64,000 nucleotides of DNA from an uncultured Candidatus Saccharibacteria bacterium (GCA_949480205.1 CASXXK010000002.1:1017-65016), one strand, 5' to 3'; shown: positions 1 through 11,235, counted from the stretch's first letter. The notes: generated by a model not told the origin, from the sequence alone. Numbers and translations: made by a program.

Positions 1-1848
1 GCCAAGTTTAAGGTCACAGGTAACTTTCTTACCACTGATAAAACTGAACTTTCCGCCACTCTAGACCACACTTTTGAAACAGAGAAAACTGCCCAAAATT
101 ATCTGGAAAAAGTCGCTAGCGCCAATTTTGCCGTTGCCGATATCATTACTACTCCAGGCGTGCGCCGCCCCGCACCACCATTCACCACTGCTTCCATGCA
201 GATTGAGGCCAACTCACGCCTGGGTTTTTCTACTCGTACCACAATGACCGCCGCTCAAGCACTCTATCAAGCCGGTCTCATCACTTATCACCGCACTGAT
301 AGCCTCAACCTTTCCAAACAAGCTATTGCCCAAACTGCTAGCTTTGTGGAAGAGCATTACGGCAAAGAATATTTGCAAGTGCGTAACTTCAAGACCAAAT
401 CTGCTGGCGCCCAAGAAGCGCACGAGGCCATTCGCCCCACTCATATCGAACAGGAAGTCGCCGGCAAGAATGATTACGAGCGTAAACTATATAAATTGAT
501 CCGCAATCGTACCCTCGCCACCCAAATGGCTGAGGCTAAAACCGAAAAAACCACTGTCAAAATTATCAATGATGTCGAAAAAAAGCACCTTTTCGAAGCT
601 AAAGGCGAAGTAATTGTCTTTGATGGCTTTCTCAAGGTTACTGGTCGCACCAAAGAAGACGAGCTGCCCGCATTATCCGTTGATGACGCCCTAAAAGCCA
701 CCAAAATCACTGCTCGTCAAAGTTTCGCCAAACCACCAGCTCGTTATACCGAAGGTTCGCTAGTCAAAAAACTAGAGGAGCTAGGCATTGGTCGGCCGTC
801 TACCTATGCCTCCATCATGCAAGCCATTCAGTCACGCGGCTACGTCATCAAGGGCGAATCCGAAGGCGAGCCTCGCGATGTAATTCAGCTCACCCTAGAA
901 AAAGGGAAGGTCAAACGCGAAACCGTCACCGAAAAAACCGGCTCCACTAAGGGCAAGCTTATTCCTACACCTATTGGTGAACTCCTGGCCGGATTCCTTA
1001 CTGACAACTTTAATGATATTGTCGACTATCAATTTACCGCCAATATCGAAGAGGATCTAGACAAAATCGCCGAGCACCAGCTTGAACGCGTCCAGATGCT
1101 CCGTGACTTCTATGGTCCATTCCAAAAAACCGTACTCAAGTCTGACGACGCCGCCCGCTACAATAACGCTAGGGAATTAGGCAAGCATCCCAAGACTGGA
1201 CAGCCAATTTATGCCAAGATTGGCCGTAATGGTGGGTTCATTCAACTCGGAGATAACGAAAAATCCACCGGCGAAAAACCGCGTTTTGCTCCTCTTCCTA
1301 AGGGAATGACTGAAAAAACCGTGACTTTGGAAGCGGCGCTCAAACAGCTCGACCTCCCAGCACTCCCCCGCGAGCTCGGGACAGCCAAAGATGGCGCTAC
1401 CATTATTGCCTCCAGTGGTCCCTTTGGTCCTTATCTCAAAGCCGGCAAATACAATATCCAACTCAAGAACCACGACCCCTATACTATTGACTTTAAGACC
1501 GCCGAAAAGCTCTATCAAGAAAAAATCGACTCAATTTATGCAGATTGGGGCGATATCATGATTATCAACGGAGCTTACGGGCCATATATTAAGGGACCCG
1601 GGCGCTTCAACAACGTCAAAATCCCCCAAGAACAAGATCCTAAAAAGATCACCCTTGAAGAAGCCAAAGCAATGCTTGAAGCCAAAAAATCCGGCGGACA
1701 GGGACGTTTCGGACGCAAAACCGCCAGCAAAGGCGTAAAAAAAGCTACCAGCAGCGCCAAAAAGGGCACTAAAAAATCAACTAGCCGTACCACCAAGGTC
1801 AAAACCAAAACCACCTCAAAGGCCACCAAAAGCCCTAAAAAGGCCTAG
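1..1848 (+). CDS. topA: DNA topoisomerase I (5'-truncated by window edge)
   Basis: Frame is open from base 1. Type IA motifs AQALYQAGLITYHRTDS, QEAHEAIRPT and GIGRPSTYA; C-terminal GxxGPY repeats and Lys-rich tail. Confidence 0.97.
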   Translation, partial: AKFKVTGNFLTTDKTELSATLDHTFETEKTAQNYLEKVASANFAVADIITTPGVRRPAPPFTTASMQIEANSRLGFSTRTTMTAAQALYQAGLITYHRTDSLNLSKQAIAQTASFVEEHYGKEYLQVRNFKTKSAGAQEAHEAIRPTHIEQEVAGKNDYERKLYKLIRNRTLATQMAEAKTEKTTVKIINDVEKKHLFEAKGEVIVFDGFLKVTGRTKEDELPALSVDDALKATKITARQSFAKPPARYTEGSLVKKLEELGIGRPSTYASIMQAIQSRGYVIKGESEGEPRDVIQLTLEKGKVKRETVTEKTGSTKGKLIPTPIGELLAGFLTDNFNDIVDYQFTANIEEDLDKIAEHQLERVQMLRDFYGPFQKTVLKSDDAARYNNARELGKHPKTGQPIYAKIGRNGGFIQLGDNEKSTGEKPRFAPLPKGMTEKTVTLEAALKQLDLPALPRELGTAKDGATIIASSGPFGPYLKAGKYNIQLKNHDPYTIDFKTAEKLYQEKIDSIYADWGDIMIINGAYGPYIKGPGRFNNVKIPQEQDPKKITLEEAKAMLEAKKSGGQGRFGRKTASKGVKKATSSAKKGTKKSTSRTTKVKTKTTSKATKSPKKA

Positions 1849-1927
1849 ATTTTCGCATAATTTTTCCACATTTTAGGCAAAAAAGTGATATAATAGCCCT
1901 AGAAAGCCAATAAATTTCAAAAATCTA

Positions 1928-1956
1928 TTGACGCTAATACGAAAATATGCTATCAT
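1928..1956 (+). promoter_or_regulatory. sigma70 promoter
   Basis: TTGACG-17bp-TATCAT with an extended TG, upstream of the 2016 ORF. Confidence 0.6.
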
Positions 1957-2015
1957 AAAATTAAATGAATTAATATTAACTATTACATAGGGTGAAGGGG
2001 AACGAAGGGAATCGG

Positions 2016-3053
2016 ATGGATCAGCACACCAGCACTATCGAAAACGCCATTAAGGGTAGTCTAGACATTATTGAGCAAGATCGCGAACGCGAAATCATCT
2101 CACGCCGTTTTGGCTTGTCCGGGCAAAAAGAAACACTTGAGCAAATTGGTGAATTATTAAATATTACTCGCGAACGCGTACGCCAACTTGAGAAAGCTAT
2201 TCTCGTACGTCTCCGCATTGGTGCCGAGGAAGACCAAATTCAAGACCTCGCCGCCGCCGAAAAGCTTATTATTCGTAATCTTACTGAATTAGGTCGAGTC
2301 GCCCGCACATCCGATCTTGCCGAGCGCCTCTATGGTCACAAAGCTAGTGCTGCCGAACGCGCCAAGCTCACCTTCATTGCTGCGATTTCCAATAATCTTA
2401 CCGCTTTAGACGAAAACGACCTCTACTACGCCGCTATTGGTATTGCTGAATACGGTGATGCCAAGACCGTCCACGCCCGTGTTGACGAAGTTGTAGATGT
2501 CATCAAGAAGCACAAAGAACCAATGACTATCGACCAGCTTGACGCAGCGCTTAATTATGAGCACCCTGACCACATTCGGGCTGTAGCTTCCATTTCCAAG
2601 CTTCTCGCCTCACTTAATGGTCTTTGGGGTTTAGCCAAATGGCCTACCGTCAACCCACGCAACATTCGTGACAAAATCTTTGTAGTGCTTGAAACCAAGA
2701 AGGAACCAATGCACTTCTCCGACATCGCTGACGCTATTTCTAAGTCGGAATTCCGTCGCAAGAATGTTACCATCCAAGCTATTCACAACGAACTTATTAA
2801 GGATTCTCGCTTTATTCTAATTGGTCGTGGTATCTACGCTCTCAGCTCTTGGGGCTATGCCAAGGGGACTGTCGCTGATATTATTACCAATATTCTCAAA
2901 GAAGCCGGCGAACCGCTCACGCGCGAGGAAATCGTCAAGCGCGTCTTGCGAGCTCGCAAGGTCAAAGAGACTACCGTCTTGCTCAACCTACAAAACAAGC
3001 AACTCTTTTCCAAGGTTGATAAAGACTCTTACACTCTCGCGCCAGCAGAATAA
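2016..3053 (+). CDS. Sigma70 region-4 HTH plus HARE-HTH/RNAP-delta-like winged-helix protein (conserved in CPR)
   Basis: N-terminal RREIISRRFGL..ETLEQIGELLNITRERVRQLE is sigma r4; C-terminal wHTH repeats (EPMHFSDI..FILIGRGIYAL). ATG 2016 is preferred over GTG 1992. Confidence 0.8.
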   Translation: MDQHTSTIENAIKGSLDIIEQDREREIISRRFGLSGQKETLEQIGELLNITRERVRQLEKAILVRLRIGAEEDQIQDLAAAEKLIIRNLTELGRVARTSDLAERLYGHKASAAERAKLTFIAAISNNLTALDENDLYYAAIGIAEYGDAKTVHARVDEVVDVIKKHKEPMTIDQLDAALNYEHPDHIRAVASISKLLASLNGLWGLAKWPTVNPRNIRDKIFVVLETKKEPMHFSDIADAISKSEFRRKNVTIQAIHNELIKDSRFILIGRGIYALSSWGYAKGTVADIITNILKEAGEPLTREEIVKRVLRARKVKETTVLLNLQNKQLFSKVDKDSYTLAPAE

Positions 3054-3069
3054 TTCTATGATATAACAA

Positions 3070-3110
3070 GAAGTCGAGCGAAAATGCGCTTGCGCAATTT
3101 TCCGAGACGC
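3070..3110. repeat. Short palindromic element/terminator
   Basis: gaaaatgcgcttgcgcaattttc hairpin with a GCTTGC centre, like other palindromes in the window. Confidence 0.45.
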
Positions 3111-3148
3111 CGCAGTTATTTCTACGAAGTATGATATAATAAGCGTAT

Positions 3149-6085
3149 ATGTTTACGCAAATTATTCAATTCATCATACAGCCGATTGTTTGGATACCTA
3201 TTGTTGCGCTTCTGGTCTTTTTAGGCTACCGCAACTACAAGAAACTTAATCGTCTCAAGGTGCTTAATGTTGATTCTGTGCTCTTGATGCTCGAAATCCC
3301 CCGCACCAATGATAAAAAGGAGCTTGCGGCCGAACAACTTTTTGCAAGTTTGCATGGTATCTTGCGTGACAAAGCCGAATTGAAGAATTCTGGCGGGGTG
3401 CAGGAACATCTTAGCTTTGAAATTGTCTCCACTGGTGGACAAATTCGTTTTTATGTTTGGGTGCCAAAAATCCTCCAGAATTTCGTTGAAGGTCAAATCT
3501 ATGCTCAATACCCCACGGTGCAAATCTACAAAATGCCCGACGATTACGTCGATGACCGAGCCAAATATCCAGTAGTTTACTCAGCTGAACTGACTCTCAC
3601 CGAAAACGAAGCCCTTCCTATCAAAACCTTCGAAAACTTTGAGGTCGACCCACTAGCCGGCATCACTGGTACCCTAGCCAAACTCAATCCCGATAATTCC
3701 GAAGAACTTTGGATTCAAATTCTTACGCGTCCCATTGCCGACGATTGGCGCAAAACCACCACCGACAAGTGGATTCGTAAAATCAAATCTGGACGCAAAT
3801 TTTTTGGCGGTAGCAGTTCGGGCATTGATTGGACTTGGATTATCGAGATCTTAGGCGCATTTTTCCGCCCACCCACCGGTGGAACAAATGGCGACAAAGC
3901 TCCAGAGCTTTCTGAGCGCGACAAGACACGCATCGCCAAAGCCGAAGAAAAGGCCACCAAGCTCGGTTACGAAGTCAAAATTCGCCTAGCTTACCTCGGT
4001 AATGACCAGACCAACGCTAAACTCAACATGCAGGCCCTAGTCGGTACGTTCAAACAATACAATTCCACCAACCTTAATGGTTTTCGCCTTACTGGCGGCA
4101 GCTTCAAGCCGGAAGATCTCGACGAATACAAACTACGCCATTTCCAAGACCGTGGCTTCATTCTTAATGTTTCAGAGCTGGCTTCAGTTTATCACTTGCC
4201 CCACACGTCCGTGGAAACACCGAATATCGTCTGGGCAAGCTCCAAGACCGCTGAACCACCCGCTAAACTCCCGCTCATCACTGGCGACCCCGCTCATGAC
4301 GAGAATATCTCCGCCTTTGGTCTCACCAATTTCCGCGGAATCAACCATCAATTTGGTATGCTTCGTCGCGACCGCTCACGCCATGTATATATTATTGGTC
4401 AAACCGGCGCTGGCAAATCTGGTATGCTTGAGCTTTTTGCCCTATCTGACGTTTTCTACAACCAGGGTTATTGCATTATCGACCCGCACGGCGATTTCGC
4501 CATCAACAACCTCCGTTTCGTCCCAGAAAGTCGCATTAACGATGTAATTTACTTCAATCCGGCTGATACCGCATATCCTGTAGCCTTCAACCCACTTGAA
4601 GTTAGTGACCCGAGTCGCAAACCAAACATTTGCTCCGAAGTCATCGGCGTGCTCAAGCGTATGTTTGGCGACTCTTGGGGCCCACGCCTCGAGCATATCT
4701 TGCGTCACACTATTCTTGCCTTGCTCGACCGCCCCGAAGCCACTTTGCTTGACATCTCTCGTCTATTAACCGACAAGGATTTCCGCAAGGAAACACTTGA
4801 TTATTGTACCGACGTCACAGTTCTACAATTCTGGAAACACGAATTTGGCCAATGGAATGAAAAACAGGTCAACGAAAGTATCGCTCCAGTGCTCAACAAG
4901 GTAGGCGCTTTTACCGCCAACCCCATCATTCGTAATATCATCGGTCAGCCCAAATCTAGTTTTGACGTACGTAAAATCATGGACGAAGGTAAAATTCTCG
5001 TCGTCAACCTCTCTAAGGGCTTGATCGGCGAAGACAATGCTAGTATTCTCGGCGCCTTCTTGGTAACTAAGGTCCAGCTCGCCGCCATGAGCCGCTCCGA
5101 CATTCCCGATGTCGCTGATCGTCGCCCATTCTATCTCTATGTCGACGAATTCCAAAACTTCGCCACTGATTCTTTCGCTGTCATCCTCTCTGAGGCGCGC
5201 AAATACGGTCTCAATCTCACTGTCGCCAACCAATACACTTCCCAGATGACCGAATCCGTTCGTGATGCTGTCTTCGGTAACGTCGGTACCACCATCAGTT
5301 TCCGCGTGTCAGCCGATGATGCTCCCGTCCTCGCCAAACAATTCGAGCCCACCTTCGAAGCTGCCGACTTGCTGCAGCTCAACAACCGTCACTTCGTCAT
5401 ATCAATGATTATCAACGGCGAAAAAGTCCCGGCTTTCTCCGCTACCACCCTTGCCCTCCCCACGACACCACAGGATAACTTTGACAAAATTGTCGAAATT
5501 TCTCGTCAAGGGTATGCTCGTCCACGCTCAGAGGTTGAAAACGAAATCCGTGCTACGATCGAACAGTCCGAAAAATACAAGAAGGAGCTTTCCGACAGTG
5601 GTCGCGCCGCTGGCAGCGCAAACATCGAAAACCAAGTCAATAATAGCTATACTGTTCGCCCCAGCGACTTCGCCGTACGCCCAGCGGGGAATTACGGTCA
5701 AAATTCCGCAAAAACCGTACAAAAACCGAACTTTCAGTATGTTCCCACTCCTCAAAACGACTTTCGCAAGCTCAAAATGTCACCCAATGCCGCCGAAGGC
5801 AAAGAGCGCATGGGGCTCAAAGATTTAGGCCAATTAGTCCAGCAAGCTGCCCAAAACAGCTCAAATAAGCCCCAAGAAAGCGAAAAACCACAAATTATCC
5901 TTCCAGAGGCAGGGAATCAGGCTATCGAAAAACCTAAAAAATCGAATTTTGGCCCTAAGAGCCATCAGAAGCGGCCTTTCAACAAAAACCGCATAAATAG
6001 CAAGGACTCTGCCAAAAAGCCGCGAAATAGGCCTGCTGGAGCCTCTCAAAGCAATCCTGATGCTGAAATCAGTATCCAACATTAG
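3149..6085 (+). CDS. VirD4/TraG/HerA-like (type IV coupling) ATPase with N-terminal TM
   Basis: Walker A GQTGAGKS, Walker B YLYVDEFQNF, SEARKYGLNLTVANQY, AVFGNVGT. Confidence 0.85.
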   Translation: MFTQIIQFIIQPIVWIPIVALLVFLGYRNYKKLNRLKVLNVDSVLLMLEIPRTNDKKELAAEQLFASLHGILRDKAELKNSGGVQEHLSFEIVSTGGQIRFYVWVPKILQNFVEGQIYAQYPTVQIYKMPDDYVDDRAKYPVVYSAELTLTENEALPIKTFENFEVDPLAGITGTLAKLNPDNSEELWIQILTRPIADDWRKTTTDKWIRKIKSGRKFFGGSSSGIDWTWIIEILGAFFRPPTGGTNGDKAPELSERDKTRIAKAEEKATKLGYEVKIRLAYLGNDQTNAKLNMQALVGTFKQYNSTNLNGFRLTGGSFKPEDLDEYKLRHFQDRGFILNVSELASVYHLPHTSVETPNIVWASSKTAEPPAKLPLITGDPAHDENISAFGLTNFRGINHQFGMLRRDRSRHVYIIGQTGAGKSGMLELFALSDVFYNQGYCIIDPHGDFAINNLRFVPESRINDVIYFNPADTAYPVAFNPLEVSDPSRKPNICSEVIGVLKRMFGDSWGPRLEHILRHTILALLDRPEATLLDISRLLTDKDFRKETLDYCTDVTVLQFWKHEFGQWNEKQVNESIAPVLNKVGAFTANPIIRNIIGQPKSSFDVRKIMDEGKILVVNLSKGLIGEDNASILGAFLVTKVQLAAMSRSDIPDVADRRPFYLYVDEFQNFATDSFAVILSEARKYGLNLTVANQYTSQMTESVRDAVFGNVGTTISFRVSADDAPVLAKQFEPTFEAADLLQLNNRHFVISMIINGEKVPAFSATTLALPTTPQDNFDKIVEISRQGYARPRSEVENEIRATIEQSEKYKKELSDSGRAAGSANIENQVNNSYTVRPSDFAVRPAGNYGQNSAKTVQKPNFQYVPTPQNDFRKLKMSPNAAEGKERMGLKDLGQLVQQAAQNSSNKPQESEKPQIILPEAGNQAIEKPKKSNFGPKSHQKRPFNKNRINSKDSAKKPRNRPAGASQSNPDAEISIQH

Positions 6086-6740
6086 ATAAAGGGGAATCGT
6101 GCACCAGGACAGACCCTGGTACAGTTTTGTTCTTCCATCATTCCCTCTATTCTACCCCTGTTCTACCTCTGTTGAGATTACAAGGGAATTAGCCCTTAAT
6201 GATAGTCGTCCATCGCACAAACCCCTCTTTTTCGTATTCTCTACTTCCCTCCAGATCGCCTGTTTTTGGACTGCCGCAAGAATACAAGCATAAAGACTTT
6301 GAATAATCATTCAAAGCATGCTTCATGAAAGAATATAACATGATTCTATTTGTAGAACGACAACCGGGGAATTACAGATTCAAAACCGCCAATACCCCAA
6401 AAGATACTGCAAAAATCAAACCCAAAAGACGCATGAACACCCGTCTTTTTAGCATAAACGTAATGTCGCACAATACATCTTTTGCGACAAGCATAAGCGA
6501 TTTACCCCTATAATAGCATACTTATAGAGGCCACCCTATAAACCCGCTGGCGTCGCCCCGACCGCTGCCATTTTTTCAAATTTTTCTAAATTCCCTCATT
6601 TTTAAGTGAAAAATTCGTAAACATCGTCAATCAACGCACCCGCCCACCAACTCATTTCAAAACCAACTTTACATCATCCCCAAAAATAGAACAAAACCCG
6701 AACAAAAAGCAGAGAACGACAGTCTACGCAAACCCATCAA

Positions 6741-6770
6741 AAATGCCCTGCAAACTTCGCAGGGCATTTC
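6741..6770 (-). terminator. Intrinsic terminator
   Basis: aaatgccctgc-aaacttc-gcagggcattt just after the stop of 6775..8082. Confidence 0.75.
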
Positions 6771-6774
6771 ATCC

Positions 6775-8082
6775 TCAGGGATCCACACCTACCAAATCAA
6801 CACCTATTGCAATATAAAACCGTCCATCATCGGGCAACTGAGCAATTATTTCCCCGCCCAGCAGCTGGCTCACAACATTACGCTCAAAACGTGAATCGAA
6901 CCTGCCCTCTGTTGGCATTACTATCATGCCTAAATTTTCCGAAGAAAATGCTTCATCCGTACCGCTTGGGCTCCAAATCGAGAGCGGAGTTGTAGGATAG
7001 GGCATCAAAGTGCCGATCATTCCCTCGTTCTCTAAGAGCAACGTATTGAGTACGAGATCAGTATAACTCTCCTCAACATGACCCAAATTATCCGGCAAAT
7101 TCGGCAGTGTCACTCCAATTCCGCAGCCCGGAGCATCGTGGTAGTTATACCAAGTCACTTTCAGGCCATATTTTTGGGCATATTCCCTGGCCCACGTTGG
7201 TAGATTAATTTCCGCCACCAAATAAACCGTCCCGTCACACAGAATCGATTCCGGCCTCATATAGTCCTCTTTCAGACAATCGTTCAAGGCCCACGACGCC
7301 GAAGTCGTATCACGAGCATCGGAATACACCTGAGAGATCCCCCTTAAACGCAGCGTAATCGGATTCTCCGCACGTTCTTCGGCTTCACTCTGCTGTTCCG
7401 TTGACACCTCCGCTTTAATTCGATAGCTCACGAAATATTCATAGATCTCAAGCTGCTGGCTTGGCGTCAATAAATACTCCAAAGTTTGCCGCTTTTGCCG
7501 TTCATTCTCATTCCAGATCATCATTTCAGGCAATAACTCTACATGGACATCGCCACTTTGCCAAATTTGGTAAGTCCCCGGCACGTAACTCAAATATAGG
7601 TTATCTGCCGTTGTAGTAATTGTAAACTCATGACGCAATAAAGCCGAACCGTCAGCGAACACTTCAACCGCCAGCGCCGAACTCTTACCACTTTCTGCCC
7701 ACAACGGACATTCCAGCATAAAATCCAGCTGTCGCCCCATAATCGCATCACTTTGTGTGGATAGCAAAATCCTTGCCGTCACTTCATACTCTTTCCCCGC
7801 CGTCAGCTGCGAAATCGGCAGACTATGTGTGTTCTCGGTATCGGAAACCTCATAGACTCCCAAAATATCCGCTTCCAACTGCACGTCCGGCAACTCCACC
7901 GTTGTTTCATTGGACACATCTGTCGGTTCAATTGCTGCGGCTACAGTCTCATTCGACATGCTCCATGGTGTAATTCCCTCGTCAGCTTTGGCGATAAAAT
8001 TTATCGGCTCTGACGATAAATTACAGCCACTCAAACAGAACATCAAACCGCTTGCCACTATTGCAATATGCCATTTTTTCAT
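6775..8082 (-). CDS. Hypothetical acidic lipoprotein (accessory)
   Basis: Signal peptide with lipobox LSGC, SD GGAGG, own promoter and terminator. Confidence 0.75.
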   Translation of the reverse strand: MKKWHIAIVASGLMFCLSGCNLSSEPINFIAKADEGITPWSMSNETVAAAIEPTDVSNETTVELPDVQLEADILGVYEVSDTENTHSLPISQLTAGKEYEVTARILLSTQSDAIMGRQLDFMLECPLWAESGKSSALAVEVFADGSALLRHEFTITTTADNLYLSYVPGTYQIWQSGDVHVELLPEMMIWNENERQKRQTLEYLLTPSQQLEIYEYFVSYRIKAEVSTEQQSEAEERAENPITLRLRGISQVYSDARDTTSASWALNDCLKEDYMRPESILCDGTVYLVAEINLPTWAREYAQKYGLKVTWYNYHDAPGCGIGVTLPNLPDNLGHVEESYTDLVLNTLLLENEGMIGTLMPYPTTPLSIWSPSGTDEAFSSENLGMIVMPTEGRFDSRFERNVVSQLLGGEIIAQLPDDGRFYIAIGVDLVGVDP

Positions 8083-8162
8083 CTTAATTCCCTCCCTTTA
8101 TTCAATTTGGCATTTCCCTGTTAACAATACTATCGCGGCACCAAAATTAGCCCCGTACTACC

Positions 8163-8191
8163 ATTATAGCACACATTAGCAAAAAAGTCAA
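8163..8191 (-). promoter_or_regulatory. Accessory-type strong sigma70 promoter
   Basis: TTGACTtttttgctaatgtgtgcTATAAT (17-bp spacer). Confidence 0.8.
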
Positions 8192-8199
8192 TATACCCC

Positions 8200-8736
8200 C
8201 TATTTGTAGTAAGCTTTCCCCTCTATACGCACGTCAACATACTCTGGATGCAAATCTTTTTCGGCCAAATATCGCGTCATCCGCTCAATATCCTCTGCCG
8301 TCACCGCAGCACTACGATCAATATCCACCTTATAATAGGCTTCCTGCCCCTCGATGTCCACATACAACGCCCGAATCATGCCAGTCGGTAAAGTAACTTT
8401 CTTCACAGTCAACCCCAAAGCCTGCAAATCCTGTTCCAAATCTGCGATATAAGTCTGTACCCGACTTGAAATTTGCCCGCGTCGGTCTTCATCTACAATT
8501 TCCGCCTTTACTTGATAACTCTCCGTTACATTTTCAACATTCGTCGCAGGACCAATCGCCAATTCTTTCATACCTAGATAAAAGGCTAATCCCAGAATCA
8601 ACAGCATCAAAGCCACCACCAAAATCGAAGTCGTTTGTCGCCGATGCGCCTTTTTGCGCGCCTGCATACGTTCTGACTCGGATTCCACCCGCTCACGCTC
8701 AGCCACAATCGTCTGGCCAGCGCGCATGCGTTTCAT
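8200..8736 (-). CDS. ftsQ: FtsQ/DivIB-like cell division protein (short)
   Basis: Follows murG; basic N-terminus, one TM, C-terminal EYVDVR motif; start chosen just after the murG stop. Confidence 0.55.
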   Translation of the reverse strand: MKRMRAGQTIVAERERVESESERMQARKKAHRRQTTSILVVALMLLILGLAFYLGMKELAIGPATNVENVTESYQVKAEIVDEDRRGQISSRVQTYIADLEQDLQALGLTVKKVTLPTGMIRALYVDIEGQEAYYKVDIDRSAAVTAEDIERMTRYLAEKDLHPEYVDVRIEGKAYYK

Positions 8737-8737
8737 C

Positions 8738-10012
8738 TTACTCTTGTTTCTCATCCTGACCCACCTGTTTAGCTTTCTTCGGCGCACCCTCCTCGCCAAC
8801 TCGTAAAACAATTTCCGCTAAGCTCTTTGCCGCATCTGGTTTCGCTTCGGCATGCAATTTTTCTGCCAAAGTTGCTCGCTCCTTAGGCGAACGCACCAAA
8901 TGCCGCACTTCTTCCAACAAAACCCCCGGCTGCTGTTGCATACGCTCATCTGTCACCATCACTACTGCACCTTTATCCTGCAATCGTTCGGCATTCTTAG
9001 CTTGATGTCCGCCCGGTAAACGTTCAAATGGCACCAAAATCACCGCTTTGCCTAAAGCCGCCAATTCCGCAATTGTTGTCGCACCGGCCCGACTCACTAC
9101 CACGTCAGCCGCACCCATAAGTTCATGCATCGCCGAATTAAACTCCCACATCCGGAAATTCGACTGCAGCTTGGCCTTGTCCCACTCTTCATACTTTTTC
9201 AATTCCACCATGTCTTCGTAGTGCTTGCGCCCTGCCACCAAGCCCACGCTAGTGAATTTCAGCATTTCTGGCAAAATTTCTTTCATAGCGTTATCAATAT
9301 TCAACGACCCCTGGCTACCACCAGTCACCACCACTAACGGCCGTTCTGGATCAAAACCAAAAGCCTTCTTTAAGTTCTTCTGTTGTGCTTCGCTCACCAT
9401 CTTGAACTCGGCTGCCACCGGAATGCCCACTTGTGTATAATCCGTCACCCCCTTTAGCTCACTCCAGCCTGTCGCAACCACTGCCGCACGTTTCATCAAG
9501 AGGCGATTTGCTAATCCCGGCACTGCATCCGATTCGTGCACAATGTAAGGAATCTTAAACAAACGTGCCACCAAACCTACTGGCAAACCCACGAACCCAC
9601 CTTTTAGAAAAATTACATCTGGACGCTTCCCTGGCAATAATAATCGCCAAAAACTCTGCACGAAACCAGCCACAAATCCCACGAAACCAGTAATATTCCC
9701 CCAAACAAGATCTCTCAGCGTAATACCAATATAGACAAAATAATCTTTAAACTTCCAGCCCACATAGCGATGGAATTTCCCCGCCCAAAGCTTACGCACA
9801 CGGATGTATGGTTGCTTGCGGCTAGTTTCCTGCACGCTCGAACCCCAACTCACGCCAATTTCTGTTGTAATTTTTACAACATTCTTGTAATATTTTCGGT
9901 CCGTCCAAAATTCCACGCGTGTACGAGGCTTCTTTTCCAGTATTTCCCGAATTACCGCTACTGCTGGCGTAATATGTCCACCAGAACCACCGCCTACTAC
10001 CAAAACCTTCAT
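8738..10012 (-). CDS. murG: Lipid I GlcNAc transferase MurG
   Basis: GGGSGGHITP, HESDAVPGLAN, GGSQGS, SRAGATTIAE. Confidence 0.95.
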   Translation of the reverse strand: MKVLVVGGGSGGHITPAVAVIREILEKKPRTRVEFWTDRKYYKNVVKITTEIGVSWGSSVQETSRKQPYIRVRKLWAGKFHRYVGWKFKDYFVYIGITLRDLVWGNITGFVGFVAGFVQSFWRLLLPGKRPDVIFLKGGFVGLPVGLVARLFKIPYIVHESDAVPGLANRLLMKRAAVVATGWSELKGVTDYTQVGIPVAAEFKMVSEAQQKNLKKAFGFDPERPLVVVTGGSQGSLNIDNAMKEILPEMLKFTSVGLVAGRKHYEDMVELKKYEEWDKAKLQSNFRMWEFNSAMHELMGAADVVVSRAGATTIAELAALGKAVILVPFERLPGGHQAKNAERLQDKGAVVMVTDERMQQQPGVLLEEVRHLVRSPKERATLAEKLHAEAKPDAAKSLAEIVLRVGEEGAPKKAKQVGQDEKQE

Positions 10013-11220
10013 TAGCCTAATCTCCCGTTCATATTCCTCTGCCTCCGACTCACGTTTTCTACCCGCTTTGTAACTTTTTCACTTCTAGGTTCCCTACTAG
10101 TATAGCACGAAAGCTGCAAGGCCAGCCCTAACGCCACTGCCGTGAACATCATACTCGTACCACCATAGCTCAGGAGCGGCAACGTAATCCCGGTCAACGG
10201 CAGCAAACCAGTCATTGCGGCAATATTTACCACCACATGCGCCGTAATCCAAGCAAAAATCCCCACTACGACTAATTCTTGCTCATCGTCATGCAGAAAA
10301 TTCGCCGTGCGCAGTAACCGCAGCAATAAAGTTGTAAAACAAGCCACAATTGCCAATAATCCCACAAAACCAAATGTCTCACCAATCACTGCGAACACTG
10401 AGTCGTTAATCGACTCCGGCAAGTACCCTGTGGCCTGAACGCTATTACCTGGACCCACACCCATCAACCCGCCACTACCAATCGCGATCATAGCATTTTC
10501 GATATGATATGAATCACTCGATTCTTCGCTGCTAAACGTCAACAAACGCTCAATCCGATGCGGTGATGACACGATTGCCAAAATTCCAGCAACCAAAATT
10601 ACTCCCAAAGTCATCATGAAATAACGCAATTTCACACCACTCATAAAAAGCATTCCCAGAATAATCGCCATCAACGTTACACCAGTGCCTAAATCCCGCT
10701 GAATCACCACTACAAACAGCAATGATAGCCCACAAACAATCACAAATGGCAACCAAAAATCCGACCAGCTTTCTAGCTTCCCCTCTTTTTTGCGCTCCGC
10801 CATCAAACCAGCTAAATACAAAATCAAACCCAACTTCAACACTTCTGCTGGTTGGAAACTCAATAGAGTGCCCAAGTTGAACCAGCGACAAGCCCCCAGC
10901 TCACACTTGGCCAAGCCACTACCAGCCAAAGCCAACAATGCCAAAGCTCCACACATCACCAAACCCAAAATCAGAATCGCCTTACCAAATTTTCGGATAA
11001 AACTATATGGCATTCTAAACGCCAAAATCAATGCCAACAACGACACCAAAACACATGCCACCTGATGGAAGAAAAAGGAATTCTCGCCCACATTTGAGCC
11101 ATAAGCCGCATTTACCACATTTGCCCGCATCGGACCAATAGCATAAATCATAATCAAACCGATGCCAAGCAATACTACGGTCAAAACACCAATAATTCGA
11201 TCACTTTTATGTTTACGCAT
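10012..11220 (-). CDS. ftsW: SEDS peptidoglycan polymerase FtsW
   Basis: Multi-TM; RW, FQPAE, LPESINDSVF, PLTGITLPLLSYGGTS. Confidence 0.93.
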   Translation of the reverse strand: MRKHKSDRIIGVLTVVLLGIGLIMIYAIGPMRANVVNAAYGSNVGENSFFFHQVACVLVSLLALILAFRMPYSFIRKFGKAILILGLVMCGALALLALAGSGLAKCELGACRWFNLGTLLSFQPAEVLKLGLILYLAGLMAERKKEGKLESWSDFWLPFVIVCGLSLLFVVVIQRDLGTGVTLMAIILGMLFMSGVKLRYFMMTLGVILVAGILAIVSSPHRIERLLTFSSEESSDSYHIENAMIAIGSGGLMGVGPGNSVQATGYLPESINDSVFAVIGETFGFVGLLAIVACFTTLLLRLLRTANFLHDDEQELVVVGIFAWITAHVVVNIAAMTGLLPLTGITLPLLSYGGTSMMFTAVALGLALQLSCYTSREPRSEKVTKRVENVSRRQRNMNGRLG

Positions 11221-11235
11221 TACTTCTGCCCACCT

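Noticed and set aside
6689-6703. GAAC-N7-GAAC LexA-like box
   Set aside because: It is a single short match in A-rich sequence, not upstream of a recognisable SOS gene.
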